DNA from: Mobula hypostoma
Taxonomy: Eukaryota
Assembly: GCF_963921235.1 (NCBI RefSeq)
Contig: NC_086097.1
Coordinates: 30,506,001 to 30,570,000 of the forward strand
DNA length: 64,000 bases
Reading direction: 5' to 3'
Shown piece by piece: positions 61,980-64,000 of this stretch. A program made the position numbers and the translations under genes. Under the pieces are notes generated by a model. The model was not told where the DNA came from. It was given only the letters and a program-made list of their open reading frames with translations, and did no database searches. Position 1 is the first letter of the stretch. Every line of letters begins with the position of its first letter.

Positions 61980-62515
61980 AAGAACATAGCACAGTACAGG
62001 CTTTTTGACCCCTGGCATACCATCCTTTTAACCCAACTCTTTCCTCCTACATAGTTCTCCATTTTTCTATCATTCATGAGCCCAAGAGTCTCTTAAATGT
62101 TCCTAAAGTATCTGCCCCTACCACAGCCCCTGGAAGTGTGTTCCATGCACCCAACACTGTATATTAAAAAAAGTCCTCTGACATCCCAATACGGTCCTCC
62201 AATCATCTTATGATAATGTCCTCTTATATACCCATTTCAGCCCTGGGAGAAAGTATCATTTGGCTATCTTCTCTTATATTCTTGTACACCTCTGCCAAGT
62301 CACCTTTCATCCTTCTTCATTCCAAAGAGAAAAACCCCATCTTGCTTAATCTATCCTCATAAGACATGCTCTCTAACAGACAGCAATTATGGTAAACATC
62401 CTTTGCACCCACTCTAAAACTTTCATACCCTTCCTATAATAAGGTGACCAGAAGTGAACACAATACTCTAATTATAGTCCAACCAGGGTTTTATAGAGCT
62501 GTAACATTACCTGGC
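61980..62515 (-). mobile_element. CR1 3' fragment
   Basis: Same family as 19940-20585. Confidence 0.75.
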
Positions 62516-64000
62516 TTTTGCCCAAAAGGCACCAGTGATCTTTGAAACATTTTAAGAGGAAGAAAGGGTCTTGGGTCAAGTCTATGGAATGGGGGTTTAG
62601 CCCACAGCTGTCGGATCTAGAGGGAGTATTGTACAAGACTAGTCTACAAGATGTCTCTTATACACTTGTACAATAGCTAATACAATGGCTAATACAAGAG
62701 GGCATAATTTTAAGGTGGTTGTTGAAAAGTATGGGGCAATGTCAGAGGTAGAGTTTTTTTTATATATAGGATAATGAAAACATAGAACACTGACAGGGAT
62801 GATGGTAGAGACAGATACATTAGAGGCATTTAAGAAACTCCTAGGCAAATGGATGAAAGAGAAATGGGGAGAAAGGATTAGATTGATCTTAGAGTAGGTT
62901 AATAGGTCAGCACAACATCATGGGCTGAAGGGACTATGTTCTATGACTACACTGCTGAACCAAAGTGTTGTCATTGGACGTAAACAGTGGGCAAGCTGAC
63001 CAGACCGAACAGCCAGACTGGGCAGCAAGATTAGTTTCTCCCTTCCACCAATCAGGTAATAATAAAAGAATAATTTGGACCTTTGCAGTAATGTCCACCC
63101 AAGTTAAAATCAGTCAATGTCAATTGACATGCCAGCACTTAGAAGTGGTGTTGGGTATGGTCTCCAATACATCAGGCTCAAAGGCTCCAATGTTCTTCCA
63201 AATATTATCTCATCCTTTATATATAAAAAAAATCAACTGTCACATGTACATCAAAACATATGGTGAAATGCACTGCTTCCATTGGTGATGTGCTGGGGAT
63301 AGCTACAAGTCTCACCATGCTTCCAGCGCCAACATAGCAAGCCACAATTTATTGACACTAACCCATACATGGTTGGTGCAAGGAAACCAGAGGAAACACA
63401 TGTGGTCAAGGGGAAAACGATGTCATGTGCCTGTGAAACGGCTGCAAGTCAGTTTTCCATTTCACCTGTGTGTACATGTAATTGTCCCAATGACAAACCA
63501 AGATTCAGATTTATCACATATGCATTGAAACACAGTACAGTGAAAGGCGTTGTTTGCATTACCAACACAATCCAAGGATGTGCTGGGGGCAGTTGGCATG
63601 TGTCACCACACATTCCAACAACACTTTGATCTCTCAACCTACATTACCAATGGAATATTCAAGCTTGTCACTTGTAGAAGCTTGTTGCTGGATTTCCAAC
63701 TCAAGAGTTAAACTTCCAAATGCACGCATTTGGCTTTAGATCATCAAGGTTATAGAACATGCAACAGATCTGCATGTTGCAACTGATAAATAATTTTACA
63801 TGTGGCAATTATTAATCGTGATACATGAGGCACTAATAGATATATTAAGAGCTTTGGAAACATCCAAGGCTTTTATTCCTCATTCTCAAGGGACAGGATG
63901 AGAAGGGAGAAAGAAATTCTGCAATTACCTTTAGAAATTAACTCCTGCGATATAGGAGTTTCTGGCAATGAGAGTTAGCCTTACCCATTCCAAATAATTC

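Noticed and set aside
1..64000. CRISPR array, retron or other prokaryotic RT system
   Set aside because: There is no regular repeat-spacer array or operon structure. All RTs are eukaryotic CR1, Rex1-like or Penelope types in spliced vertebrate DNA.

Overview
Repeat-dense vertebrate genomic DNA. The repeat content (CR1 LINEs, Rex1/Babar-type LINEs, V-SINE/HE1-type SINEs, Penelope-like elements) suggests a cartilaginous fish, probably a ray; this is an inference. The only host coding sequence I found is two minus-strand exons of a Jagged-family Notch ligand: 31816-32070 (255 bp, end of MNNL/C2 plus DSL) and 30980-31040 (61 bp, EGF1). Both have canonical splice sites and the sizes and phases of JAG1 exons 4 and 5. 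I did not find the neighbouring exons, so the rest of the window is probably two very large introns. The main non-coding signal is a Penelope-like (RT + GIY-YIG) retroelement family whose terminal module carries a minimal type-I hammerhead ribozyme motif (CUGANGA...GAAA-CG-UC). The family appears as one 2.45-kb element with inverted arms and a 14-bp TSD, several 3' fragments, and four 175-220 bp palindromic double-hammerhead mini-elements, one of them with a perfect 13-bp TSD. Also present: a young CR1 inserted antisense at nearly the homologous position of an older CR1, two full-length decayed Tc1 transposons, a three-layer CR1>Rex1>Tc1 nest, a fold-back inverted duplication inside a Rex1-like LINE, a bipartite RTE-derived short element and a (ACGGGGG)4 G-quadruplex-prone repeat. 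Boundaries of old repeats are approximate and were judged by eye.
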